Positions 21,776-33,245 are shown, counted from the stretch's first letter. The stretch: DNA of 64,000 nt from an uncultured Planctomycetaceae bacterium (GCA_963813715.1 CAWFAK010000017.1:384001-448000); one strand, 5' to 3'. The notes: a model not told the origin generated them from the letters alone. Program-made: numbers and translations.

Positions 21776-24700
21776 TTAGTTGAGGGAAGCTGCGACCGAT
21801 GACTGCGAAACTGCGGGTTCAACCCTTCGTTTGGTAAGCCAGTCGACCGTGTAGAAGAACACCGGCGTCAGGAAGATGCCGAACAGAGTCACGCCGAAGG
21901 CGCCCCACAGCATGGCCGTGCCCACCGAGCGGCGCATCTCCGCGCCGGCGCCCGACGCGAAGTACGGCGGCACCATGTGGATGAAGCACAACGTCGTCAT
22001 CACGATCGGCCGCAGCCGCACCCGGGCGGCCTCCACGGCGGCGTCGAACCGAGACGAACCCTCCAGCTGGCGGTCGCGGGCGAACTCGACGATCAGGATG
22101 GCGTTCTTGCAGGCCAGGCCGATCAGCACCACGAAGCCGATCTGCGTGAAGAGGTTGTTGTCCAGTCCGCGGGCGGCGACGCCGGCGAGCGCGCACAGCA
22201 CGCACATCGGCACGACCAGGATCACCGCCAGCGGCAGCGACCAGCCCTCGTACAGGCCGGCCAGCACGAAGAAGACCAGCACCGCCCCCAGCACGAAGGC
22301 GCTGAACGGGTTCTGCCGCAGGTCGCGGAACTGCTCGATCTTGCTGGACTGCTTCTGCAGGTAGCTCAGCTCGGTCCATTCGTAGGTCATGTTGCGCGGC
22401 AGCTCCTTGTCCGCCAGCGCTTCCATCGTCCGCAGGACCTCGCCGGTGCTGGTCCCCGGCTGCCAGGAGCCGGTGATCGTCGCCGCCGGGAACATGTTGT
22501 AGCGGGTGATCGTCACCGGGCCGGCGGATTCGCGGACGTCGATCACCGCGCCCAGCGGCACCATGTCGCCGTCGGCATTGCGGACCTTCATTTTCTTGAC
22601 GGTCTCCGCGTCCATGCGGAAGGGGGCGTCGGCCTGGATGTTGACCTGCCAGGTGCGGCCGAAGCGGTTGAAGTCGTTGACGTAGTAGCTGCCCAGGTAC
22701 GCCTGCAGCGCGTCGAAGACGTCGCTGACCGCCACCCCCATCGTCTTGACCTTGGTCCGGTCGATGTCCGCGTAGAGCTGGGGCGTGCGGGCACGGAAGC
22801 CGTTGAACAGGCCGACCAGGCCGGGCTGCTGATTGCCCTGGGCGGCCAGGCTGTCCGCCCGGGCCTGGAGCGCGTCGTAGTTGACGTCGCCGATGGCTTC
22901 CACCATCAGCTTGAAGCCGCCGGCGTTGCCGAGGCCGCGCACCGCCGGCGCCTCGAAAACCAGCACGCGGGCCTCGGGAACCTCGCGCCGGAGGCGTGCG
23001 CGGAGACGGGCCGCGATGGCCTCGGCGGTGAGCGAGGGATGCCGGCGTTCGTGGAACGGCTTGAGCATGACGAACATGTTGCCGTAGTTCGAGCTGTTGG
23101 CATTGAGGACGAACGACGTTCCCGGGACGGCACCGTGTGGGCAACGCCGGGCGTATCGAGGGCAATCTTCTCGATCGCGTCGGTCACCTCGAGCGGTGCG
23201 TTCCAGCGACGCCGAGTCGGGCAACTGGATATTCACGACCAGGTAGCCCTTGTCCTGGCTGGGAATGAAGCCGCTGGGGACGCGTGTGAAGCCGAAGCCG
23301 GTCAGGCCGATCAGGCCGACGTAGACCAACAGCACGATGACGCTGAGGCGGAGGCACCAGCCCACGGTCTTGCCGTAGGCTCGCGTCACCCGCTCGAAGA
23401 CCCAGTTGAAGCCGCGGAAGAAATTGCCCAGGGCCCAGTTCACGGGCCGGATAAGCAACCAGCCAAGGATGCCTCCCGCGAGCGCGCCAGGAAGAAAGAG
23501 GACGACGGGAGATCCCCCACGTCAGCAAGGTGGCCTTCAGTCCGCCGGGCGCCGCCTCGCCGCTCTCGTCTCGCCCACGGGCAGGCCCAGCCAGACGCCC
23601 AGTGTCGGCGCCAGCAGCCACACGGTCGCCAGTCCGCCGAACAGGGCAAAGCTCCACCACGGCAGCGCTTCTTTGCCCTGGTCGCCATGCTGGCCGGGCT
23701 TGCGGCCGGCGAAGATCCAGACCGCCCGCGCCGGCGTCATGGTCATGGCGTTGATGGCCGAGATAATCATCGACACCGAAATGGTCAGGGCGAACTGGCG
23801 GAAGAACTGGCCGGTGATGCCGCCGAGGAACGCGCTGGGCAGAAGCACCGAGCTGAACACCAGCGTGATGGCGAAGATCGGCCCGGTGATCTCGTTCATG
23901 GCCTTGATCGTGGCTTCGCGCACGGGCAGGCCCTTGTCCAGCCAGCGCTCGATGTTCTCCAGGACGACGATGGCGTCATCCACCACGATGCCGATCGCCA
24001 GCACCAGCCCGAACAACGTCAGGTTATTCAGAGAAAAGCCCATCAGGCCCATGACGGCGAAGGTGCCGACCAGGGAGACCGCCACGTCGATCACCGGCAG
24101 CAGCAGGGCTTTCCAGTCTTGCAAGAACAGCAGGATGACGAGGGAGACCAGGATGACCGACTCCGCAGGGTATTGAACACCTCGTTGACGGATTCGCGAA
24201 TGAACGGCGTGGTGTCGAAGGCGATGAGGTAACGGAGCCCCTTGGGGAAGCGGGTTTCCAGCTCGCGCATCTTGGCCTTGATGCCGTCGGCGGTGTCCAG
24301 GGCGTTCGAGCCGGGCAGCTGAAAGACGACCACGCCCGGCGACGGCCGGCCGTCCAGACGTCCCAGCTGTGTCCTGGTTGCTGGCCCCCAGCTCGGTCCG
24401 GCTCACGTCTTTGAGGTAGGTGACTTCTCCGTCGGTGCCGGTCTTGAGGACGATGTTCGCGAATTGTTCCGCCTCGACCAGCCGGCCGAGGGTGCTCAGG
24501 GTGTACTGAAAATCCTGGCCCGGGGGACCGGCGGTTGACCGATCTGGCCGGCGGCCACCTGCACGTTCTGCTCGCGCAGGACCCGGATCACGTCGCCGAC
24601 GGTCAGGTTCCGCGACTCGAGCTTGTCCGGGTCGAGCCAGACGCGCATGCTGTAGTCCTGCTGGCCGAGGATGGCCACGTCGCCGACGCCCTCCACGCGG

Positions 24701-25221
24701 GCCATGGCGTCCTTGATGTTGATCGTGGCGTAGTTACTCAGGTAGAGCGGGTCGTAATACGGGCGGCCGGTTTCCGGAGTTGTCCTCGGAATACAGATTG
24801 ATGCCCAGCAGAATGTCCGGGGACCGTTTCTTCACCGCCACGCCGATGGTCTGGACCACATCGGGGAGCGTTGGCGTGGCGATGGCGACACGGTTCTGCA
24901 CCAGCACCTGGGCCATGTTCACGTTGGTGCCAATCTCGAAGGTCACGTCCAGCGTGTACGAGCCATCGTTGTTGCTCTGCGACGACATGTACAGCATCCC
25001 TTCCACGCCGATGACCTGCTGCTCGATCGGCGCGGCCACGGTGTCGGCCACGACCTGGGCGTTGGCGCCGGGGTAGCTGGCTGTCACCTGACGGTCGGCG
25101 GCTGGATCTCCGGGTACTCGGCGACCGGCAAGAAGCCCGCCGAGATCGCCCCGAGCAGCACGATGACAATCGAGATCACCCACGCCAGGACCGGTCTATC
25201 GATGAAGAAACGTGCCAGCAC
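21776..25221 (-). CDS. Second RND efflux permease (HAE1); several frameshifts
   Basis: [11 protein letters not shown] start, [44 protein letters not shown]; pieces in ORFs 24734..25183, 24496..24705, 24091..24333, 23537..24406 and 21776..23458. Confidence 0.9.
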
Positions 25222-25242
25222 GACACTTCCCCAAGAGGGAGA

Positions 25243-26418
25243 CTACTTGGCCGGACTAATGTCTTCTGACTCTCCGACCTCTGACTTCCGAGGTCGGCTG
25301 GGCATTTCCACAACTTGCGGCTCGACCGTGAGACCCGGTCGAACCTGCTGCAGGCCATTGACGATCACTCGTTCGCCCGGCTTCAGGCCGTCAGCGACCT
25401 CTCGCAGGCCGTCGTGAACGGCTCCGACGCGAACGGTGCGAGTGACAACCTCGTTGTTGTCGTTGACGACGATAAAGAATCTTCTGACCCTGATCGGTGT
25501 CAAAGGCGCGATCAGCAACGAGCAACGGCATTGTGGGGTCGGCCGATGGGAATGCGGACGCGGCACGAACAGTCCCGGCACGAGAACCTGGTCTTTATTG
25601 GGGAATACGCCACGCATCCGCATGGTGCCCGTTTTCGGATCGAACCTGATTGTCGACGAAGTTGATCGTTCCTTGGTGAGGAAACCCGTCCTCGTTGGCC
25701 AACCCCAACGAGATCGGCGAAGCCGTCTTCGCGAGGCGAATCCGATTTGCCTGCGCGGGTCAGCTGCCTGATCGCGCAGATGGTGTACTCATCGACGTCG
25801 AAATAGGCATACATCGGGTCGATAGACTCAAGGGTCGTGAGCAACGTACCGCCGAACTGATCTCCCGACTGAATGAGATTGCCCTCCGTGACGATGTAAC
25901 GGTTGACGCGACCGCTAACGGGCGCGATCACTTTCGTGTAGCTGAGATCCAGTTGTCGCGACGCGACCAGTGCCTTGTCGGCAGCGATGTTGGCGATATC
26001 GACGTCGCCGACCGCCGTCGTTTTGTCGAACTGCGACGCGGTCAGCGCCCGGTGCGAACCAGTCGGACGTTTCGCTCGCACTCGGCCTCGTCGAATTTCA
26101 ACTGCGCCTCCTCCTGGGCGATTTTTCCCTTCGCCTGGTCTAAGCAGAGTGATAGGGACGTGGATCGATTTCAAAAAGAGCATCTCCTTTTTTGACGATA
26201 TCCCCTTCTTTGAAGTTAACCTTGTCGAGATAGCCCCACACGTGCGCTCGAATTTCGACGGAATCGACGGCGGCCGTCCTCCCCGTGAAGTTGTGTAGTC
26301 GGTGATCTACCGCTCGATGGGATAACTAACGGCGACCGTGGTGGGCGGCGGCTTCTCCCCAGGGTGCCCGGGCGCAGCCGGCTAGGATGGCACAAACGCA
26401 GGAACGAGGATTACGCAT
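25243..26418 (-). CDS. Second RND periplasmic adaptor; several frameshifts
   Basis: AAGGAG RBS, LAGC lipobox, YTKVIAPVSGRV, YFDVDE, GERVIVNGLQQVRPG. Confidence 0.85.
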
Positions 26419-26719
26419 TGTTCAACTCCTTTCGAGGCGAAGCCCCAGCTCGCGGGGCATGACCGCCACCATCACCACGCCGCATGCCGCGAGGCCTCGC
26501 GTCCTTAGGGATCAGGTGGAGTGCCACACGGTTCCCACTTCAGTACTGCTTGGGCAATCATGTGCGAAAGGTCCAATTCCAGTTCGAGCCACCTCGCTCC
26601 GCTCGTGTGCCTTAAAGCGGTGGGGTAAGGCAGCCTCGGTCAAGTGAAGCGACGAATTCGTCGAGGCTGGAGCGCTGAGTTTGAAGCTCTGGCTTCATAT
26701 CGCTGTTCGACCTCAAAAT

Positions 26720-26764
26720 ATGTATATGCATGTTTCAGGCCAAAAAAGTCACGTTGTGTTCGCC
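26720..26764 (-). promoter_or_regulatory. Putative sigma54 promoter overlapping a MarR-type palindrome (copy 2), upstream of RND operon 2
   Basis: Minus strand TTTTTTGGCCTGAAACATGCATATACAT; GG-N10-GC. Confidence 0.65.
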
Positions 26765-26797
26765 GTACGGTCGGGGTCGTGGAGGAGATCGTCCCGC

Positions 26798-27848
26798 TCA
26801 AATAAAGCGGCAAAATCGCATCAGGGCGACGATGTTAATTGCATTTCGCCATCGAGTGTACGTGGCGAAGTACACCTTGCTCAGCGTTCCTCGGTAGCGA
26901 TGCTTGAAATCGGCGTGGCCGCGAAAGCTGTAGATCCAGTGATCTCCGTTCCGGTAGAGCCATTGAAAGGCCTTCTTGAGTAGAACGCTCTCCGCGAAGC
27001 CACTCTCTCTGATTTGGTAGAAGGGAAGCAGCCCGAGTCGCAAGACCGCGAGCCCTTCGTCGCGGAATCGCTCGATGGCAAATTTTGTGATCGCCTCTTC
27101 GGCCCCCGTCGGAGCGGTCGGCGAACGCCGCTCGATCGCCGGCGAATAGCCGATGATCTCCCCGCGCTCGCAAATCGGATCGAAGACCAAAATGAGACGA
27201 CCTCGCCGGTCGGGATTGAGCAAGTAGAACTTCCGGACGTCGGGCTCGTCCTCGTAAGTCATCGGTCGGACAAAGAAGCGAGCCTCGCGCTTGACTTTCT
27301 TCGAGTGCGCCAGGCCGCCGAAAGCGATTCTAGCGAGGACCGGTCGATTTCGTCGCTGGATCGCTCCACGATCGTGTAGCCTTCACGCTCCACCTTGCGA
27401 GCCACCTGTCGGAGCTTGCTCTTTTTGGGCCCATCGAAGTTGTAGTCCGGTAGCTCCAGCTCAATGTTTGCGCCGAATTCATTGACGTAGCGTCCAAGAT
27501 CGGAGAGAACTTCGGCCACTGGACGCGAGATCTGGCAAAAGCACGACCGCGGATATTTCTCGACAAACGCCTTGATGACGCCGGATAACTTTCCGGCGGT
27601 GCCACTGGATCGCCCAAAACGAACGTGATTCCGAGCGAAGTGTCGTAGGCCAGATAGCCGCCAAACGCCTCGAAGTACTTCAGGCCGGGCTGCAGTGTGG
27701 CGTCGGCCATCGCGAAATTGCCGTAGCGATAAAACATCTCAAGCCGGCGCGTGCTTACCGTGATTGGCGGCGGCGGGGGCACTGGGACGTCTCGCGGCGT
27801 CGGATCGAGGATGCTTTCGGCAAAGGTGGCGGAAAATGCGATCCCCAC
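26798..27848 (-). CDS. Stand-alone DUF2156 / aminoacyl-phosphatidylglycerol synthase (MprF/LysX C-terminal-like) domain protein; frameshifted, start uncertain
   Basis: FVLGDPVAPPE, KLRQVARKVEREG, GAEEAI..FAIERFRDEG...LGLLPF, IYSFRGHADFKHRY. Confidence 0.75.
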
Positions 27849-27967
27849 CGGCCCTGCACCTGGGGCGGAATCACTCCACGGCCGAGGAATGGAAGAGTTG
27901 AACGTTCAACAGTCCGACGAGAGGCGATAGTCGCGTCCCCTTTCCATCACCAGCATGCGATAGTGCC

Positions 27968-28276
27968 CTAGTTAGTCGTCGCTAGAGCCTCCGGACTTGC
28001 CGAGCCAATGCACCCCTCGTGCCAACCAGAGACACTTTGAGAATCGACTTTGAAACGGCGCTCCGGGGCCTCAACAGGCTTGCATCGCCGTCCTCTCAAG
28101 GAGGTAGAAGTCAACAAGTTGCCCATCGGGTAAAATTCCTCCCACCGGCCGTGCAACCAGTGCCGCTCGATCGCAATGATCTTCGTGGGGGCTGAGTCGA
28201 ATGCGATATCCTCTGTGTCAAGTCGCAACGCTCCCTCGTTCTCTGTCGTCGTGCAGCCGCACGTTCCGTTAAACAT
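27968..28276 (-). CDS. Hypothetical small protein
   Basis: ATG ~40 nt downstream of promoter copy 3; no recognisable domain; 3' end overlaps the next promoter, so the true end may be earlier. Confidence 0.3.
   Translation of the reverse strand: MFNGTCGCTTTENEGALRLDTEDIAFDSAPTKIIAIERHWLHGRWEEFYPMGNLLTSTSLRGRRCKPVEAPERRFKVDSQSVSGWHEGCIGSASPEALATTN
28009..28024 (-). promoter_or_regulatory. Sigma54 -24/-12 promoter upstream of the DUF2156 gene
   Basis: TGGCACGAGGGGTGCA, close to the consensus TGGCACG-N4-TTGC. Confidence 0.65.
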
Positions 28277-28315
28277 CCGCCTTCAGAATCACTCGCCTCG
28301 GCACCGCTCCGTAAC

Positions 28316-28345
28316 ATGTATATGCATCTTTTAGGCCACAAAAAC
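28316..28345 (-). promoter_or_regulatory. Putative sigma54 promoter overlapping a MarR-type palindrome (copy 3), directly after the marR stop codon
   Basis: Minus strand TTTTTGTGGCCTAAAAGATGCATATACAT. Confidence 0.65.
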
Positions 28346-28346
28346 A

Positions 28347-28787
28347 TCACGTTGTGTCGGCCACTCGCGCGAAGTCGGGAAGCAGATTCAGAAGGCTGGA
28401 CCACGTCTTCTTCGGCATTCGCGCCCGCATGCGTTCTTGCGCGCGCTCCCACGCGGGGCGTGCCTCTCTTAGCTCGGCCCCACCGGCGTCGGTCAGGCGA
28501 ACCAGCTTCTCGCGCCGCTCCTTCCCGGAACGGATGGCCACCCACCCCGCATCGATCAGAGGGCGAAGATTGCGGGTCAGCGTCGTCTCGTCCAGGGACG
28601 TAAGCCCGCCGAGATCCCGCTGGCGAACCTCACCTGCGACTTTCAGTCGCCGGAGGAGAGACAACTGTGTCGTGCGCAGACCGACCTTCCGCAATTCCTC
28701 GTCGTAAAGACGGCTCACGGCTCGCGACGCCTGTCGCAAAACGTTGCAGAGGCAAGGCCCGCCCGATTTGGTTTGCTCAGTTTCCAT
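28347..28787 (-). CDS. MarR-family transcriptional regulator
   Basis: CLCNVLRQASRAVSRLYD...TTLTRNLRPL..GWV...RREKLVRLTDAG winged HTH. Confidence 0.93.
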   Translation of the reverse strand: METEQTKSGGPCLCNVLRQASRAVSRLYDEELRKVGLRTTQLSLLRRLKVAGEVRQRDLGGLTSLDETTLTRNLRPLIDAGWVAIRSGKERREKLVRLTDAGGAELREARPAWERAQERMRARMPKKTWSSLLNLLPDFARVADTT

Positions 28788-28790
28788 ACT

Positions 28791-28806
28791 AGATGTATAT
28801 GCATGT
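28791..28806. promoter_or_regulatory. Putative MarR autoregulatory operator
   Basis: Imperfect palindrome AGATGTATATGCATGT a few nt upstream of the marR ATG; the same core recurs at 19942, 26720 and 28316. Confidence 0.7.
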
Positions 28807-29054
28807 AGCCTGGATCCGGTCAAGTGCCCCGGCAGTCCGTAGCGGCAGTCTCTGCAGCGTCTCAAAAAGCGGCCGAATCACGAGACGTGCGTGTTTCGGT
28901 GCCCTCTGTTGTCGACGGTCTTCATCCTGACAGGAAGGATCTCCGACCTTTTTTAGGCTTGGCGTGGCCGATTGAGGCGCATAAAAAACAGCGTGGGCTG
29001 ATCGCGAATTTCCAGAAATCGGATTATCCCGTGGCTCTTCTGAGAGGCGCCGTC

Positions 29055-31068
29055 ATGGCAAACGCGAGAACACCAACACGCCTTCGGAGCCAGTCGTCTG
29101 GAAAATCGCCGGCCCCCGCAAATCCTGTCTGCTGAAGCGGTGCTGGATGCGCTGAAGATGATCCTCATCGGCGCACCCCTGAACGAGGTTCTGACGACCA
29201 TCACCCGCCTGATTGAAGCCCACAGTGTGGGAATGTTTTGCTCGATTTTCCTTCTTGACGAGGACGGTTTGCACCTGCGCTATGCCGCCGCCCCAAACCT
29301 GCCCGAGGCGTACCGGGCAGCGACCGACGGAGCTGTCATTGGTCCTAATTCGGATCATGCGGCACAGCCGCTTACATCCGGCAGCCCGTCTTCGTCTCGG
29401 ACATCTTTTCCGACCCGAAGTGGGCCGGCTTTAGAGACGTTGCCCTGCGAGAGTGGACTGCGCGCCTCCTGGTCAAGCCCCATCATGTCACATGACGGCA
29501 AGGTGCTGGGGACTTTCTGCATCTATTATCGCGACGTTCGACATCCGGGGCCGGACGAAATCCAGTTGATCGATTACGCCAGTCGGATCGCTGGCATCGC
29601 CATCGAGCGCGAGCGATCGCAGTCGGCACTGGCTCCAGCAGAGCCTATCAGAGAAGCTGAATTCGGCAAATCATCGATTTCATTCCTCAGCATGATCGTC
29701 GGTCTTGGACGCGGAAGGGACAACTCTACGTGAATCAAACTGGTGCTGGATTACACGGGCTGCAGCTAGCGAAGACGCAATCGCGCCGGATGTTCGGACA
29801 AAGCGTCTTTCATCCAGACGATGTGGCGAGTTTGCGAAGACGAGCGACGGGACGGTTTCTCCAGCGGCTGCCATTTGAAAATGAACAACGTGCTTTCGGC
29901 AAAGATGGAGAGTATCGCTGGTTTCTAATCCGCTACAACCCGCTGCGGGACGAAGAAGGACGCATTATCCGCTGGTACGCGACGGGCACGGACATCGAGG
30001 ATCGCAAGCAAGCCGAACAGAGGATGCGCAATGAAAACCTGGCCTTACGCGAAGAGATCGATCGTTCCTCGATGTACGAAGCAATTGTCGGGATCGTCGG
30101 AGGCGCTTCGCAAGGTGCTCTCGCAAGTCGACAAAGTGGCCCCGACCGATTCCACGGTACTAATTCTGGGTGAGACCGGAACGGGAAAGGAATTGATTGC
30201 CAGTGCCATTCATAAGCGGTCCAAGCGCGCGGCGAAAGCATTCATCCGCGTCAATTGTGCGGCGATTCCGCCTTCTCTGATTGCTTCCGAGCTTTTCGGC
30301 CACGAGAAAGGCGCCTTTACCGGGGCGCTTCAGCAAGTGCAGGACGCTTCGAATCCGCCGATGGCGGGACGATTTTCCTGGACGAGATCGGCGAACTTTC
30401 GCCCGAGACGCAGCTTGCTCTACTGCGAGTACTCCAGGAACGAGAATTGGAGCGGGTCGGGAGCAATCAACCGATTTCCATCGATGTCCGCGTGGTTGCC
30501 GCGACCAATCGGGACCTGGAAGCCGCTGTGAGTGCGGGCAAATTCCGCCAGGATCTTTTCTATCGGCTGAACGTTTTCCCCATCCGCGTACCATCTTTAC
30601 GCGAGAGGAAGAATGAATTCCTTTGCTGGTCGAGTATTGGTGGAACGATATGCAGGAGAGCTGGAAAGAGAGTCAGCCAGTAAAGAAGAAGACACTCGAT
30701 ATTCTCCAAGCCTACGATTGGCCAGGGAACGTCCGCGAACTGCAGAACGTAATCGAGCGTGCCGTGATCTTGTGCGATGGAGAAACATTCTCCGTCGACG
30801 AGACATGGCTGCAGCGAAAGTCGAACCAACATTCTGGGCGGCAGGTTTCTCGCCACGGTGTCCTCGCCGAGGACAAGAAGGAGTTTGCCGACCGCGAACG
30901 AAAAGCAATCGAAGCCGCATTGGCAGAATGCCAGGGTCGAGTTTCAGGCCCCCGCGGCGCGGCCGCAATCTGGGAATTCCCCACCAAACTCTTGAGTCGA
31001 AGATCGTAAGCCTCGGCATCGACAAACGCCGCTTCAAGGTCCCGTCCCGAAGGGGAAGCTCGCACTAA
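29055..31068 (+). CDS. Sigma54-dependent enhancer-binding protein (GAF + PAS/PAC + AAA+ + HTH; FhlA-like layout); many frameshifts
   Basis: GAF ([16 protein letters not shown]), PAC (DGEYRWFL...TDIEDRK), [35 protein letters not shown]. Confidence 0.9.
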
Positions 31069-31278
31069 AATGAAGCGTACTTACTGCGCGTAGCTCCCCT
31101 CACCTTTGATTTCCCCGGTCCTAGCGCAGACTGCGGCTCTCTCCCTCCGTTGTCGGCTGTTCATTAAGCGCGGCTGCATCGTATATGGCGCTACTTTTCC
31201 TTTTCCGAAAGATCAGGATTCCTGAAAAGTCGGCAATTTCTCGCGGTCATTTACTCGCGGAGCCAACTGATTTTGCAT

Positions 31279-31294
31279 TGGCATAAAGCTTGCG
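31279..31294 (+). promoter_or_regulatory. Sigma54 promoter
   Basis: TGGCATAAAGCTTGCG directly downstream of the activator gene, ~40 nt before an ATG. Confidence 0.75.
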
Positions 31295-31334
31295 TTACTG
31301 GTAGCCGTCGACTCTTTTCAGGGTGACTGGAACC

Positions 31335-31577
31335 ATGAAGATCGAAAAAAGTTCAGAAAATGGAACGATCACAGTTCACTTGATTGGTCAATTTCAAGCG
31401 TCCGATCTCGGAGAACTAAAGAAGCAGCGGGAGGGTAGTGGGGCTCTGTTTGCCTTGGACTTGGAGGAAGTAACAGTAGTCGACGTCGAGGTAGTTCGGT
31501 TCTTGGCAGAGTGTGAGGCGAATGAGGTGAAGATCGCGAATTGCCCTCGGTACATCCGAGAGTGGATCGCATCGTGA
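31335..31577 (+). CDS. Small STAS-like protein
   Basis: TVHLIGQF...LDLEEVTVVDVEVVRFL...NCPRYIREWI. Confidence 0.7.
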   Translation: MKIEKSSENGTITVHLIGQFQASDLGELKKQREGSGALFALDLEEVTVVDVEVVRFLAECEANEVKIANCPRYIREWIAS

Positions 31578-31651
31578 ACGACGACCCTAAGACCGGCACG
31601 ACCGCATCAAGGACAAAGCGCTCTCTATCAAGTAGAAAGAAGAGAACTGAT

Positions 31652-32624
31652 ATGCGTGCAATGAGAGCGGAACAATTCAGTGGTTATGAAGGATTGAAGC
31701 TCGTCGAGCTTCCAAAACCAGCGGTCTCGGACGGGAAGAGTATTGCTGCGAATCACCGCGGCCGGCGTCACGCCGCTCGACCATACGATTCTCTCCGGCA
31801 AATTTCACCACTCGAAGGCGCCGCTAGTCCTGGGCAACGAAGGAGCGGGCGTGGTGGAGGAGGGAGGCGGAACGGACTTTCCCGTCGGCTCACGCGTGAT
31901 GTTCTTTGGCCCCTATGGCGCTTTTGAGGACGGAACCTACAGCGAGTGGCTTGCCGTACGGAAGGAAGACCTTTGCCTGATTCCTGACAATATCGACGAC
32001 GTGAGTGCCGCAGGTATTCCGGTCGCGTATCTCACCGCGCAGGTGGCTCTTACCCGGGCTGGTTTTCGGGCAGGCAAGACTGTTCTGGCACCGGCGATCG
32101 GAGGATCGATCGGCAATGCGGTGACGCAATTGGCGCGCGCCTTGGGCGCAAAACACGCCATGTCAAGCACGACCAATCATGCGAAAGCCGAGCAGGCAAA
32201 GGCGCTCGGATTCAATGAAGTCATCGATACCTCCTTGGAGAAGTTGGGTGACGGCGTGCGTCGTATCACGGGCGGTTACGGCGCAGACATTGTCATCGAC
32301 GGAATCGGTGGTGAAGTCTTGAGCGAGGCGCTCGGAGCGCTGCGTTGGAAGGAAGCCTCACAACACTGGGGTATTCCGCAAGCCGTAAGACAACCATTGA
32401 CGTGACAAATCTCATCGTGCCGCAGGCCAGCATCCGGGGTCTCAACATGTTCGCTTCAGCCGAAGGCGGCCGTTGCTGACGCTTGGAAGGTTATTGTCTC
32501 TCTGCTTAAATCCGGTGCGATCAAACCGATCGTGGCGAAGACCTTCCCGCTGACCGAGGCGGCTGATGCTCTGCGTTACCTGGTTGAGGGCCGCCCCTTC
32601 GGCAGGGTCATCCTCAAAATCTGA
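31652..32624 (+). CDS. MDR-family NADPH:quinone oxidoreductase-like protein; frameshifted
   Basis: MRAMRAEQFSG, VLGNEGAG, AAGIPVAYLTA, GADIVIDGIGG, C-terminal PFGRVILKI. Confidence 0.88.
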
Positions 32625-32690
32625 CTCGCTCTGAACGAGGACGGGGACAATCTCCAGGCCTTGAGCCGAACCTCGAGAAAGGAACTCGCG

Positions 32691-33071
32691 ATGTCCCAGC
32701 GACTCGCCATGGCCAGCAGAAATGACTTCACCAGGGCGTTCTGGATCTGTGCCGCCGTGACGGCCATCAGTGCGATCGTGAGCGCGTCATTTTCGGTGGC
32801 GGCATTGCGGGGGCCGGGTCAGCCCGATGTCATTGCGATGTACGCGGCGGTGCGCAGCATCTCGCTCGCGCTGGTCGTGCTGGCCGTTGCAAGTTTCCGT
32901 TCGCGCGACGGAGTTGCAGCGATGGCCGTCACGATGGGACTCGTGCAACTCCTTGATGCCCTAATCGGACTCCTGTTGCACGACCCGTTTAAGACCTACG
33001 GCCCGCTCGTCATCTCGCTCATGACCTTCGCATCGCTCGCGTGGCTCTTGCGAACTTCGCCGGACACATGA
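32691..33071 (+). CDS. Small four-TM membrane protein (DUF4267-like)
   Basis: Four hydrophobic segments; YAAVRS, VQLLDALIG. Confidence 0.7.
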   Translation: MSQRLAMASRNDFTRAFWICAAVTAISAIVSASFSVAALRGPGQPDVIAMYAAVRSISLALVVLAVASFRSRDGVAAMAVTMGLVQLLDALIGLLLHDPFKTYGPLVISLMTFASLAWLLRTSPDT

Positions 33072-33177
33072 ATCAGACGGCGGGGCCGGCGGCAGGCCAG
33101 ACTTCAGCAAGAGCCTAGGAGCATTTTCCTGGTTCGCGTTCGTCCATACGGGCCGTGCAACTCTGCCCTCATCGCAC

Positions 33178-33193
33178 TGGCATAAGGTTAGCT
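33178..33193 (+). promoter_or_regulatory. Putative sigma54 promoter upstream of the azoreductase
   Basis: TGGCATAAGGTTAGCT (GG-N10-GC), similar to the site at 31279. Confidence 0.55.
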
Positions 33194-33245
33194 ACCTGAA
33201 CTCAATGTCCGGTTTGGATTGTCCCTTATTGAAAGGGAGCAGAGA

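Noticed and set aside
26612..26698. 28-aa leader ORF (MKPELQTQ...) right after promoter copy 2
   Set aside because: Too short, with no supporting feature; could be a gene stub but cannot be supported from sequence alone.
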